A DNA stretch of 64,000 nucleotides, from contig JBKAGE010000078.1 in NCBI GenBank assembly GCA_046290225.1, positions 448,001 through 512,000 of the forward strand. Reading direction: 5' to 3'. Position numbers and translations under genes: made by a program. The stretch is from Bradymonadia bacterium. GTDB lineage: Bacteria > Myxococcota_A > Bradymonadia > UBA7976 > UBA1532. Below the pieces are notes generated by a model. It was not told where the DNA came from. It was given only the letters and a program-made list of their open reading frames with translations, and made no database searches. Positions within the stretch are counted from its first letter, which is position 1, and the number at the start of each line of letters is the position of its first letter. This document shows, in pieces, positions 1 through 11,100 of the stretch.

Positions 1-3000
1 GCAGCGGTACCCTCACTGTGGGCGACGAGTATCACTTCCAGTTCTCCGAGGCGATGGACACCACCAACACCGTGGCCGACGCCCAACTGGTCATGGTGGG
101 CGGTGGCAGCTACGGCAACGAGAACCAGGTGGCCTGGAGCCCCGATGAGCGCGTGGCGGTGGTCACCCTCAACGAGGGCTTCACCGTCAACGGCGATGAG
201 CAGGTCACTCCGGTGGACATGTTCGACCCCTACGGCAACGCCGTGGTGGGCACCCAGGTCCTGTCGGACATCGACACCGTGGCCCCCACCTTCCTGGCCA
301 TCGACTGGGTAGACGTGGACGACAACGGTCAAGGCAGCCTGGGCGATCAGCACATCTTCCGCTTCAGCGAGGCCATGGACACCACCATCATCGAGGGTGG
401 GGTGGATGCCAACACCCACCTGCGCCCCCAGGGCAGCCGCCGCTACGGCAGCACCAACGTGGTGGAGTGGAGCGCTGATCGCCGGTCGGTCACGGTGACC
501 ATGACCGAGGGCTACACCATCCAGGACAACGAGCTGGTGGTGCCCACCCGCTTCGTCACCGATGTGGCCGGCAACTCGGTCGTCGGCACGCAGAACCTCA
601 GCGGTCGCGACGAGATCGCACCGGAGATGCTGGCCATCCGCTTCAACGACGCCAACGGCAACGGCGCGGTCTCCCTCGGTGACAGCTTCACCTTTGTCTT
701 CAGCGAGCCCATGCGCACCGCACCGGTGTCCAACGGCACCACTGAGGCCAACATCAACCTGTCCCCTGCCGGCCGGCGCTACGGCACGGTGAACCAGGCC
801 CGTTGGAACGCCGACAACACCGAGGTCACCGTGACGGTGACCCCGGGCTTCACCATCGTCGGCAACGAGCAGGTCGCACCGGCCCCCCTCATCGCCGACG
901 TGGCAGGCAACACGGTGATCAACGGCCTGGCGCTGAACGTCCAGGACGTACAGCCCCCGAGCCTCGTGGAGATCAGCCCGCGCTACATCAGCCCGCTGAG
1001 CCCGGTGAGCGACTACCGCCTGACGCTGCGCTTCAACAGCGCCATGGATCCGAGCCAGCTGCCCAACATAGTCCTCAACAACGACGATGGCCCCAACCCC
1101 GTGGTGGTGGACGGCGAGTGGCTGACCACGCGTTACCCGAACGACACCTACACCACCGGGAACATCGACCTCACCGCGGATCACCACGGCATCCTCACGG
1201 TGGACGTCACCGACGCCACCGATGTGGCCGGGAACACCATGACCTCCGCCGAGGGGGCCTACACCCTAGATCTCGACGCCATCGAGCCCGCTGCCCCGAA
1301 CACTCAGATTCAGGTGCAGGGCTGTGACGCTGCCCGCCTCAGCTGGGCGGGCTACGACGCCCCCGAGGATCTCGCCGGCTTCCAGATTTACCGTGAAGGC
1401 GCCGCCTTCAACGAGGTGGACGGCGTGAGCCTGTTCGACCAGATCGCTTCGGATCGTCGGGAGTACACCCTGACCGGTCTGCAGCTGGACACCACCTACC
1501 ACGTGGGCGTGGCCGCCCTGGACCGGGTGACCAACTTCAGCGCCAACGTGGTCTCTCAGGCCGTGCGCATCGATCAGGTGGTGCCTCCGGCAGTGCCTGT
1601 GAGTCTCGCCGCCGGCGCTGATCCCACAACGGTGGTGGTTCGCTGGAATGGCTACAACGCCAGCGCCTACTGCGGCCTGGCAGGCTTCCGGGTGTACCTG
1701 CAAGAGGCGAACTTCAACGACGTGGGCGCCCTGGCCCCCGTCTCCACCCTCGGTGCCGAAGCGACTCAGACCGAGCTCGTGGGCCTCGCCCGGGATCGCG
1801 TCTACTACATCGCCGTCGTGGCCTTCAACGAGGCCGGCGAGGCGCTGAACGCGGTGAACACCCGCGAGTGGACCGACCCCCTCTCCGGTGCGGTCTCCAG
1901 CGATCTCACCCTGGGCAACGGCGCCCAGCGCGTCATCGACGTGAACGAGACCATGGTGGTGGTGGGCGGCGCGGTGGTCACCATCGCCCCAGGGACCACG
2001 GTGCGCTTCGGCCCCGACGCCGGCATCGTGGTGCAGGACGGCGCCCTCGTCGCCGAAGGCACCGTCTTCGAGCCCATCCTGCTCACCAGCCAGAACCACA
2101 CCCCTGCCCGGGGTGACTGGAGCGGTGTGGAGCTCACGGCGGGTGCCGGCGGCTCCATCTTGAACCATGTCGCCTTGGAGTACGGCGAGGGCCTCACCAT
2201 CGACGGCTCCAGCCCCTCGGTGGAGAACTTCACCGCTCGTCATAACCAGGGCTCCGGCATCAGCGTCAGCGGCGGGAACCTGGACCTCAGCGACGACACC
2301 CTCCTGACCTTCAACGACACGGGCATGTCGGTGGGTGCTGGCGGCAACTTCAACATCACCGGCAGCGTCATCAAGAACAACACCGTCAACGCGCTCAACG
2401 ACGGTGGCACCCTCACCGCCGAGGGCAACTGGTGGGGCTCCCTGGACGCGGGCACCATCGCCGGCGGTGTGCAGGGCGCCGTGAGCACCGACAACTTCCT
2501 CGACTATGAGCCGGTGCTCTCCCCTGCGGTCCGCGTGGCCGGTGGCGAGACCCTGGTGGTGCGACGCCGCATCAACCTCGACCTCACCGCCCGCAACGCC
2601 GTGGAGATGCGGTTCAGCGAGGACGACACCTTCAATGGTGTGTTCTTCGACGACTTCGCCACCACGGGGGAGCACCTCGTCTCCAGCGGCTCCGGGGCCA
2701 AGACCATCTACGCCCAGTTCCGCAGCATCACCGGCACCAACTCGGCGCCGGTGGCCTTCGTCTTCGACTTCGACACCACCGAGCCGGTCATCGACAACTT
2801 CAGCCTCGAAGAGGGCCAGGTCGTCGGGCGTCCCATCGAGGTGGTGGGCCAGGCCTCCTCAGGCATCGGCCTCACCCGTCTCGACATCGAGATCAACGGC
2901 GAGATCGTCTCCAGCAACGAAGTCTCCCCGGTGACCTACGCCTGGGACCCGCGTCAGTGGCCCGAGGGCATCTACACCGTCCGTCTGTGGGTGTACGACG

Positions 3001-6000
3001 TCGCCGAGAACGTCGTGGTCGTGGAGCGCACCGTGTTCGTCGAGCACCAGGCGCCGCCTCAGCCGGTCATCACCGATCCCCAAGATGGCCGTCTGTTCAA
3101 CGTGACCCAGATCAACATGCAGGGCACTGCAGAGCCCAACGTCACCGTAGACGTGAAGCGTGATGGCTTTACCGTCGGCCGGCCGGTCGCCGCAGCGAAC
3201 GGCATCTGGACCCTCGCCGACGTGGATCTGGTGGAGGGCACGCAGACCTTCGTGGCCCGCGCCGTAGACGAGATCGGCACCAGCCTGGCCTCCGAGGGCG
3301 TCACCGTGGCGCTGGACACCGGGGCGCCCGGTACGCCGGTGCTCACCGAGGCCCATCTCATCCTGGGTCGTGGTGTCATCGTAGGCTGGGAGCCTCCGGC
3401 ACAGGGCGAGGAAGCCGTCCGCTACGACGTCTACCGTCACGCCGTGGACTTCGGCAGCCCCGCCGAGGCCGTTCGGGTGGCTCAGAACATCGAGGAGCTG
3501 TCCTGGCTGGACGAGACCGGCGATGAGGGCAACTGGTACTACGCCGTCGTGGGTCTCGACACCCCCGGCAATGCCAGCGGCCTCTCCAACCGCCTCTCGG
3601 CACAGTACGACCTCACGCGGCCGGCCATCACCGTCAGCATCCCCGATCAGGCCAGCTTCGGCATCGGCCCCGTGGCGCTCACGGTGGAGTCCAGCGAGTC
3701 GCTGCAGCAGGCCCCCACCCTCACGGTGACCCCTCAGGGCGTCGGCCCAGTGGCGGTGAGCCTCGTCGAGGTGGGCGCGAACCGCTACACCGGTGTGTTC
3801 AACATCACCGGCGCCACCCCCTCCGGTCCGACAGTGCTCCGGGTCACCGCCACCGACGTGGTGGGCAACGTGTTCTCCGGCGCCCCTGTAGGGGCAGGCC
3901 CCGTGGTGGATACCCAGGGCCCCGAGGTCCAGTCGCTCACCTACAACGTGGATCCCCCAGTTCAGGTGCTCGACACCAAGGATGTGCAGGTGGATCTGGT
4001 GCTCGACGAGCCTGCGGCCATCGGCACCATCCCCAACATGACCTACGATCCGCCCATCGGGAACCCCGTGAACGTGGGCCTCGCGGGCTCTGGCGCCGTC
4101 TGGCGGGGTACCCTCCGCCTCACCTCGGCCATGGGCAGCGGCCTCGGCACCTTCAGCGTCACCGCTGAAGACACCTTCGGCAATATCCGGACCTCCCCCG
4201 GCGGCTCGCTGGAGATCTACGACGACGATGCCCCGAACCCCACCGTGCCCCCGTCGCTCACCTCGGCCACCAGCCGACCCGCAGGTGCCGTGGAGTTGCG
4301 GTGGAACGCCGTACCTCAGGCCAGCAGCTACAACGTCTACCGCAGCACCGGGAACTGCCCGGGTGACGGCTGGGTCGAGATCGCCAGCGGCATCAACGAC
4401 CTGACCTACACCGATACCCCTGAGACGGATGGCGTCTACTGCTATGGTCTGACCACCGATCGTCTCGGCGCAGAGAGTGGGGCCTCCAACCGCTTCAACG
4501 TCCTGTCCGATCGCGTGCCCCCCGAGGCGCCGACCAACCTCGCCGTGGTTCTGGCCCCTGCCGGTGTGCGGGTCACCTTTGACGCCTCACCCGGCGACGA
4601 GGTGCCCACCCGGTACCGTGTCCTGCGCAACGGCGATCAGATCCGCAGCCTCAACGGCGGCCTGAACACGTACACCTACAACGATCACCCCCCTGCTGGT
4701 GGTGACTTCGACTACACCATCGAGGCTCAGGACGGCGCCGGCAACACCGCCACCACCGCCCCCGAGACCTTCTCGCTGGCTGTGGGCGCCGTCACCCAGC
4801 TCGAGGTCCTGCTCGACCACTTTGAGCCCCCCCTCCTCACCTGGGGTCGCAGCGATCCGAACACCACCGGCTACCATGTGGAGCGTGGCGGTGTGCGGAT
4901 CACCCAGCAGCCCCTGCAGGAGCCCCGCTTCGTCGACGAGACCTACCCGGGCAACAACGTCGTGGAGTACGCCGTCATCGCCGTCAACGCCGAGGGGCAG
5001 GAGAGCCCGCCCCGAACCGTCAGCGTGAAGCCCGTCTTCTTGGACGTCTTCGCTGATCGCACGGTGTCGCACTACTTCAACCAGCTGCAGATCCAGCTCA
5101 TCAACTCCGACGGCGTTGTGCACGTCGACAGCATCGAGACCCAGATCACCGTCAACGGCGAGGAAGAGTTCCTCACCACCGACGAACTCGGTGTGGATGT
5201 TGCCGGCGCGCCCTTCGAGTTCATCCGGGTCTTCCCCACCTCGGCGAACCTGGATACCCGCATCGTCCGGGTCACCGCCCGCGTGAACAGCGAGGCAGCC
5301 ACGGTGCGGTACCGCCGCTTCGCCGCAGCCAACGTCTATCGCGCCCTGGGGCAGCTGGACCTTGTCGCCGCCGACACTCCGGTGGCCGGTACGCTCAGCA
5401 GCATCGAGGTGTGCATCAACAACCGCGGCCAAGCCCCCATGGACGTCGTCACCGCACGCGAGAACGGCAGCCAGCCTGGCGATCTCACTGTGGCGGTCAC
5501 CAGCGCCGATGGGCAGGAGCTGAGCCGGGGCACCGTGCAGACCATCCCCGCCGGGGCGCGCTTCGACGGCAACACCATCTTCACCCGAATCCCCGCCAAC
5601 GGTCGGACCTGCGTGGACGTCAACGTCGTGGTGCCCGAGGCCCTCGAGGAGGGCGCTCAGATCCAGTTCGTGGCCACAGTGCCTGCATTCTCCTGGGCTC
5701 GGGATGGCGCCAACATCCCTGCTCTGGCGCAGCTCACTGGCAGCATGAACTCCAGCATCACCACCACCGCCTACTTCGGCACAGCCCAGGCGGACCGGGA
5801 TATCTACATTGGAGACGACACGGTGGTCATCACCGGTCAGGCCATCGATCGGGAGACGAACAACCCGCTGCCCAACACGGCCCTCAAGGTGGGCTTCACC
5901 ACCCGGGGCTTCTCGTGGACCGAGGATGTCACCACCGACGACGACGGCAACTTCCAGTACAACTACAACCCGGCCCACGGCCTCGCCGGTGAGATCGTCA

Positions 6001-8135
6001 TCTGGGCGGCTCACCCCGACGTGGTCGATGTCCTCGACCAGGATCGGTTCACCATCTACCGGGTCTACACCCGACCCTCGAGCATGAACCTGCGCTCGGC
6101 CAAGGCGGACACGCTGGACTTCAACGTCAAGGTGCTCAACCCCGGCGACGTCCCCCTCACCGGCTTGCAGCTGGCCACCGAGGCCTTCATCACCGACGAG
6201 AACGGCGACGAGCAGCCCATCGACAGCATCCGGGGCAGCATCATCGACCTGCCTGCGGACTTCGAGGTGGCCGCTGGTGGCGAGGGCGAGATCACCCTCC
6301 AGCTGGAGGCGGACATCGACGCCCCGGATCACGCCCTCGTCCTCTACCGGCTGACCTCCGCCGAGGGGGCCGCCGTGGTGGTGGACGCCAACGTCACGTT
6401 GTCCGAGGCCATCCCCATCATCAACGTGAAGGCGCCGGCCCGGGGCTTCGTGGACGTCAGCATGCGGCTCGGCGAGATCGAGACTGTGCCCGTCACCCTC
6501 ACCAACGAAGGTCTGCGCCCGCTGGAGAACGCTGTCCTCACCGTACCCGCGGTGCCCTGGATCACCACCAACCGCGAGGTTGTGGATGGACAGGTGGCCC
6601 TCGGCGACATCGCCGTCGGCGAGAGCGTCACCCTCGACGTAGTGCTGACCCCCGGCGAGGATCTGGAGCAAGGCCCCTACGCCGACCAGTTCCAGCTCAC
6701 AGGCGACAACTCGGCCCAGGTGTTCGACCTGAACGTCTTCGCCCTGCTCACCTCTGCCGACGAAGGCGCCGCGGAGTTCCGGGTCCTGGCCAACACCGGG
6801 GATCCGGTGGAGGGCGCCAAGGTCCGACTCCAGAACAGCGCCATCCGCGCTGCGGACTCGGCCACCACCGACGAGAATGGGGTGGCGCGCTTCAACGCGC
6901 TGTCCACCGGGACGTGGTCCTACCAGGTCACCGCCCCAGGCCATGCCAGCGTCTACGATGTCGTGGAGGTCGAGGCAGAGCAGACCACCGTCACCACGGT
7001 GGAGTTGGAGCGGGAGCTGGTCTCCATCAACTTCCGAGTGGAGCCGGTGCCCTTCACCGACCGCTACGAGATCAAGATCGAGCAGACCTTCGTGACCAAC
7101 GTGCCTGTGCCCGTGCTCGTGATCGACCCGCCCTTCGTGCAGATCGACAACCCCGAGCCCGGGTTCCAGACCACCATCATCGCCAAGGTGAAGAACGAGG
7201 GCCTCAAGGCCATCGACGACGTCACCCTGACCCGGGACGAGATCGAGGAGGCCAGCCTCATCCCCCTCATCGAGTACATCCCACGCCTAGGCGCCATGCA
7301 GACCGTTGAGGTGCCCTTCCGGATCATCTACCGCGGTGATCAGCAGCCGGACCAGCCGGCGTGCACCGTAGGCGACGCCGGCAGCGCTGGTCAGGCGGCT
7401 CTGGGCATCGCCTCGATCATCGCCGGCAGCAGCCGCTCGGACATCTCCGGTGCCGAGAAGCGGGCCGCCGCCACGCTGACGACGGCCTTGCTCCTGCTCG
7501 CCGATCTGTCTGTCTGCCCAGGCATCCCTGGCACTCCGAGCCTCCCCGGCGGCGGCAGCTGCCTGGCGGGTCTGCTGATGCAGTTCATGCCATGCATCGG
7601 CAGTGGTAGCTCCGATGGGGGCAACAACAATGGCCCGAGCGGCCCGGGCAACAGCAGCCCTGGTGGCTTTGGTCCTCCTGGCTGCTTCACCGAGGGTACG
7701 CCGGTGCTCATGGCCGATGGCTCCCGTCAGCCCATCGAGAGCATCCAGGTGGGCGACAAGGTCGCGGGCCTGGACGGCGAGGCCGCCGAGGTCACCCGCA
7801 CCTATGTCCGAGAGAGCAGCCACGTACGCGAGGTGCGCTACCGCGACGAGAAGGGCCAGCTGAGACGGCTGGAGACCACCGACGGCCACGCATTCAGAGA
7901 GAAGAAACGAGGATGGGTGCCTGCCGGCAAACTCGAGGTGGGCGACACGCTCATCCTCGTGGAGGGAGAGGCCACCATCGTCTCCACCGAGCGCTATGAT
8001 GAGGCCGTGGAGGTGTTCAACCTCGACGTGGCCGATCAGCACGCCTACTTCGCCAACGATGCCTGGGTACAGCAGAAGTGCGATGCCGAGGTGAAGCTGG
8101 ATGAAACCAACATGACCGAGGAGGAGGGGCAGTGA
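1..8135 (+). CDS. Giant extracellular multidomain protein, 5' end outside the window: ~100-aa repeats with DxDxNG-type loops, Ig-like and FN3 domains, parallel beta-helix, carboxypeptidase-regulatory-like domain, C-terminal Hint domain
   Basis: The frame is open from the window edge (AGC GGT ACC CTC ACT GTG...) and this segment matches the internal repeat GxxSLGDxxxFxFSExM, so the true start lies upstream. Contains FN3 motifs (LSWAGY..GFQIYR..YHVGVAA), a NWWG beta-helix motif and a Hint at the end. Confidence 0.85.
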   Translation, partial: SGTLTVGDEYHFQFSEAMDTTNTVADAQLVMVGGGSYGNENQVAWSPDERVAVVTLNEGFTVNGDEQVTPVDMFDPYGNAVVGTQVLSDIDTVAPTFLAIDWVDVDDNGQGSLGDQHIFRFSEAMDTTIIEGGVDANTHLRPQGSRRYGSTNVVEWSADRRSVTVTMTEGYTIQDNELVVPTRFVTDVAGNSVVGTQNLSGRDEIAPEMLAIRFNDANGNGAVSLGDSFTFVFSEPMRTAPVSNGTTEANINLSPAGRRYGTVNQARWNADNTEVTVTVTPGFTIVGNEQVAPAPLIADVAGNTVINGLALNVQDVQPPSLVEISPRYISPLSPVSDYRLTLRFNSAMDPSQLPNIVLNNDDGPNPVVVDGEWLTTRYPNDTYTTGNIDLTADHHGILTVDVTDATDVAGNTMTSAEGAYTLDLDAIEPAAPNTQIQVQGCDAARLSWAGYDAPEDLAGFQIYREGAAFNEVDGVSLFDQIASDRREYTLTGLQLDTTYHVGVAALDRVTNFSANVVSQAVRIDQVVPPAVPVSLAAGADPTTVVVRWNGYNASAYCGLAGFRVYLQEANFNDVGALAPVSTLGAEATQTELVGLARDRVYYIAVVAFNEAGEALNAVNTREWTDPLSGAVSSDLTLGNGAQRVIDVNETMVVVGGAVVTIAPGTTVRFGPDAGIVVQDGALVAEGTVFEPILLTSQNHTPARGDWSGVELTAGAGGSILNHVALEYGEGLTIDGSSPSVENFTARHNQGSGISVSGGNLDLSDDTLLTFNDTGMSVGAGGNFNITGSVIKNNTVNALNDGGTLTAEGNWWGSLDAGTIAGGVQGAVSTDNFLDYEPVLSPAVRVAGGETLVVRRRINLDLTARNAVEMRFSEDDTFNGVFFDDFATTGEHLVSSGSGAKTIYAQFRSITGTNSAPVAFVFDFDTTEPVIDNFSLEEGQVVGRPIEVVGQASSGIGLTRLDIEINGEIVSSNEVSPVTYAWDPRQWPEGIYTVRLWVYDVAENVVVVERTVFVEHQAPPQPVITDPQDGRLFNVTQINMQGTAEPNVTVDVKRDGFTVGRPVAAANGIWTLADVDLVEGTQTFVARAVDEIGTSLASEGVTVALDTGAPGTPVLTEAHLILGRGVIVGWEPPAQGEEAVRYDVYRHAVDFGSPAEAVRVAQNIEELSWLDETGDEGNWYYAVVGLDTPGNASGLSNRLSAQYDLTRPAITVSIPDQASFGIGPVALTVESSESLQQAPTLTVTPQGVGPVAVSLVEVGANRYTGVFNITGATPSGPTVLRVTATDVVGNVFSGAPVGAGPVVDTQGPEVQSLTYNVDPPVQVLDTKDVQVDLVLDEPAAIGTIPNMTYDPPIGNPVNVGLAGSGAVWRGTLRLTSAMGSGLGTFSVTAEDTFGNIRTSPGGSLEIYDDDAPNPTVPPSLTSATSRPAGAVELRWNAVPQASSYNVYRSTGNCPGDGWVEIASGINDLTYTDTPETDGVYCYGLTTDRLGAESGASNRFNVLSDRVPPEAPTNLAVVLAPAGVRVTFDASPGDEVPTRYRVLRNGDQIRSLNGGLNTYTYNDHPPAGGDFDYTIEAQDGAGNTATTAPETFSLAVGAVTQLEVLLDHFEPPLLTWGRSDPNTTGYHVERGGVRITQQPLQEPRFVDETYPGNNVVEYAVIAVNAEGQESPPRTVSVKPVFLDVFADRTVSHYFNQLQIQLINSDGVVHVDSIETQITVNGEEEFLTTDELGVDVAGAPFEFIRVFPTSANLDTRIVRVTARVNSEAATVRYRRFAAANVYRALGQLDLVAADTPVAGTLSSIEVCINNRGQAPMDVVTARENGSQPGDLTVAVTSADGQELSRGTVQTIPAGARFDGNTIFTRIPANGRTCVDVNVVVPEALEEGAQIQFVATVPAFSWARDGANIPALAQLTGSMNSSITTTAYFGTAQADRDIYIGDDTVVITGQAIDRETNNPLPNTALKVGFTTRGFSWTEDVTTDDDGNFQYNYNPAHGLAGEIVIWAAHPDVVDVLDQDRFTIYRVYTRPSSMNLRSAKADTLDFNVKVLNPGDVPLTGLQLATEAFITDENGDEQPIDSIRGSIIDLPADFEVAAGGEGEITLQLEADIDAPDHALVLYRLTSAEGAAVVVDANVTLSEAIPIINVKAPARGFVDVSMRLGEIETVPVTLTNEGLRPLENAVLTVPAVPWITTNREVVDGQVALGDIAVGESVTLDVVLTPGEDLEQGPYADQFQLTGDNSAQVFDLNVFALLTSADEGAAEFRVLANTGDPVEGAKVRLQNSAIRAADSATTDENGVARFNALSTGTWSYQVTAPGHASVYDVVEVEAEQTTVTTVELERELVSINFRVEPVPFTDRYEIKIEQTFVTNVPVPVLVIDPPFVQIDNPEPGFQTTIIAKVKNEGLKAIDDVTLTRDEIEEASLIPLIEYIPRLGAMQTVEVPFRIIYRGDQQPDQPACTVGDAGSAGQAALGIASIIAGSSRSDISGAEKRAAATLTTALLLLADLSVCPGIPGTPSLPGGGSCLAGLLMQFMPCIGSGSSDGGNNNGPSGPGNSSPGGFGPPGCFTEGTPVLMADGSRQPIESIQVGDKVAGLDGEAAEVTRTYVRESSHVREVRYRDEKGQLRRLETTDGHAFREKKRGWVPAGKLEVGDTLILVEGEATIVSTERYDEAVEVFNLDVADQHAYFANDAWVQQKCDAEVKLDETNMTEEEGQ
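7683..8075 (+). other. Hint (intein-like/BIL) autoprocessing domain within the giant protein
   Basis: G/CFTEGTPVLMADG..PIESIQVGD (block A), TTDGH (block B TxxH), GWVPAGKLEVGD, VFNLDVADQHAYFAN (block F); ends WVQQ-K-C. Confidence 0.9.
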
Positions 8136-11100
8136 TGCGTCGGCTCACACTCATCTTCGTATTGCTCTGCCTGAGCCTGCCCGCTCAGGCGGCCCGTCAG
8201 TTCGACGGGGTCTGCTCCGTCGTCAAGATGGAGATCCTCCAGGAGCTCACGCTTGAGCGGATCGGCTTCCTGGCCACCTTGGAGATCACCAACAACGAGT
8301 CGGACGCCAGCATCACCGACTTCTCCGCGGCCCTCACCTTCCAGGTGGAGGACGAGAACGGAGAGCTCGTGGAGGCTGCCGACCTGTTCTTCGTGCAGGC
8401 CCCCGAGCTGCGCGGGGTGAGGTCCATCGACGGCACTGGGGTCATTCGCCCCGGTGAGACCGCCACCATCAGCTGGTTCATCATCCCCACCATCACCGCC
8501 GGCGGCACCGACGCCAACGGCATCAACTACAACGTCGGGGCCCTACTCGGTGGCTCCCTCCTCGGAGAGCCCATCGATCCCGACACCCTCGCGGTCATCC
8601 CCGACACCATCACGGTGCGGCCGGAGCCTCAGCTGGAGATTTTGTACTTCCAGCCCCGGGACGTGCAGGGCGACAACCCCTTCACCCCCAACGTCGAGAG
8701 CCCCATCCCCTTCACCCTGGGGGTCCGGGTCAAGAACGTGGGCTACGGCACCGCTCGCAAGCTGAAGATCGCCTCCGAGCAGCCCCGCATCGTGGAGAAC
8801 GAAGGGGGGTTGCTGCTCGTGCCGCAGCTCCTCGGCGCCCGAGTGGACGATGATCCTCTGGACAACAGCACCCTCACGGTGGACCTGGGGAACATCGAGC
8901 CGAGCAGCTGTCGAAAGGCCTCGTGGGACATGATCACCAGCCTCTCTGGTGAGTTCACCGAGTTCGAGGCCTCGTACACCCACGACCTCGACCTCGGCGG
9001 CGGCCGGGACATCTCGGTCATCACCGCCATCGACGCCCACTTCATGGTGGCGGAGGTGCTCAACGATCAGCCTGGCCGCGACAGCCTCCTGGACTTCCTC
9101 GCCACCACTGACGACAACACCCGGGAGCTGATCCCCGACACCTTGTTCGAGAGCGACTGCAACACCCTGCCGGTGAACCACCTGCAAGACGTGGAGCTGC
9201 TTGAGTTCGCCAACCTCACCGCCCGCATCCGGGTCAACGTCGATGTGGCCAACCACATCTTCTTCCGCCTCGACGATCCGGGCCAGGCCCGCTACGACAT
9301 CGTCCGAGTGACCCGCTCCGACGGCAAGGTGCTCGACAGCCACAACAGCTGGACCAACATGCGGTACCGCGAGGAGGACAACGCCCGCCTCGAGTACCTC
9401 AACGTCTTCGACTTCGCCCCCCTCGGCGAGTACGAGTACCTGGTGGAGTTCTCTGCCCCCGAGGTGGATCTCGCGCCCCCCGTGTCGCAGATGCTGTTCT
9501 CTGGCCCCCGTGAAGAGGTGGGCGGGATCAACTACATCACTCCCGAGACTCAGATGCTGTTTCTCGTGGAGGACGCCAGCCCGGTGAGCAGCTACTACCG
9601 CCTCGACGGCGGTGACACTCTCCCAGGCTTCCCCTTCACCGTCCCCGCCAGTGGGGCCCACGTGGTGGAGTTCTGGGCTGAGGATGCCTCCGGCAACATC
9701 GAGGACGTACAGCGCGCCGACCTCTTCGTCACTGTGGACGATCCCGCCCTCGCGGGTGTCGCCACCAGCACCGGTGAGGTCTTCACGGGCGGCAACTCCG
9801 TCACCGTACGACCCGAGCAGGTTGAGGTCAGCTTCGACGGCCAGACCCAGGGCGCCACCTTCACCACCTCCGCGGAGGTCTACCGCGGCGTCTACGCCTT
9901 CCCCACCCTCGCCGGCACCCCGTCCTCCCCCACTCGGGACACCGTGGCCAGCCTCACCGTGGGCGGGCACCTCGTGGACTTCTATCAGTACCGCGTCGGT
10001 GTAGAGGACTGGAGCGATGAGCGCCCTGTGGATCAGGTCATCGAGCTCGAGAACCTCTCGGGCACAGTCATTGTCTCCGTGCGGGGCCGCAGCCAGCACT
10101 CCACCGAGTGGAACACCGCCGAGCAGACGGTGACCTGGGAGGTGAATCCCCTGGCGCCCCTCACCGCCATCAGCGGTACGCCAGCCAGCCCGAGCCGGAC
10201 CGGCGACGCCACCTTCACCGTCAGCAACGTGGAGCTCTACCGCTGGCGCTTCCCCGGCAGCTTCTACCGCGCCGAGGCCGCGCCCTCCGTGGTCGTCAAT
10301 CTCAACCAGCTCGACGATGGCCAGCAGGCTCTGGACGTCATCGGGCGCAACGGCGGCCAGTGGCAGGACGAGGAGGCCCCCACCTTCGTCAACTGGCGAG
10401 TCGATCGACTCTACGGCACCCGCCTCCCCGCTGATGCCCGGGTTCGTCACGAGGCCCTCGGCGACGCCGAGCGTTTCGTGTGGGACGCCCGCAACGACGA
10501 CGGCGTGCCGGTCAGCTCGGGGTGGTACTCCATCAAGATCACCATGACCGACGGCCTGGGCCGCGAGACCGCCCAGATCGTCCCTGTGCGGGTGGGCGAT
10601 CTGCTCCCCGACGGGGAGGCCGTCTCCTACTCCGGCGCTGCCAGCCAGCGAGAGGCATACGCCTCCGGTCGGTGGGCTGTGTGGTCGGACCAGCGCCTCG
10701 GCGACTGGGACATCTGGTACCGCCCCCTCGACGTCGACGCCCCTGGGGCCCCGCTGCTCGTGAAGGCCCTGAACCAGGAGCGCCCCCACACCGATGGCCG
10801 CTATGTGGTCTGGCAGGATCGCCAGGCCGACGGCAACTACGACATCTGGATCAAGCCCATCGAGGGTGGAGAGGCCACCGCCATCACCAGCACCGCGGGT
10901 CAGAACGAGACCCGCCCGGTGGTCTCGTGGCCGTGGGTGGTCTACCAGAGCCAGTCGGTGGCGGATCAGAACAACCCGACCCAGCTCTTCGCCCACAACA
11001 TCCAGCAGCAGGAGACCTTCCAGGTGGATCCCACCGACTGGAACCAGGCAGATCCGCGCATCGACGGGGATCGGATCGTCTGGCAGGACTTCCGCGATGC

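Noticed and set aside
7683..8135. Polymorphic toxin or mobile intein interpretation of the Hint
   Set aside because: Only ~20 aa follow the Hint; no toxin domain, no immunity gene and no homing endonuclease
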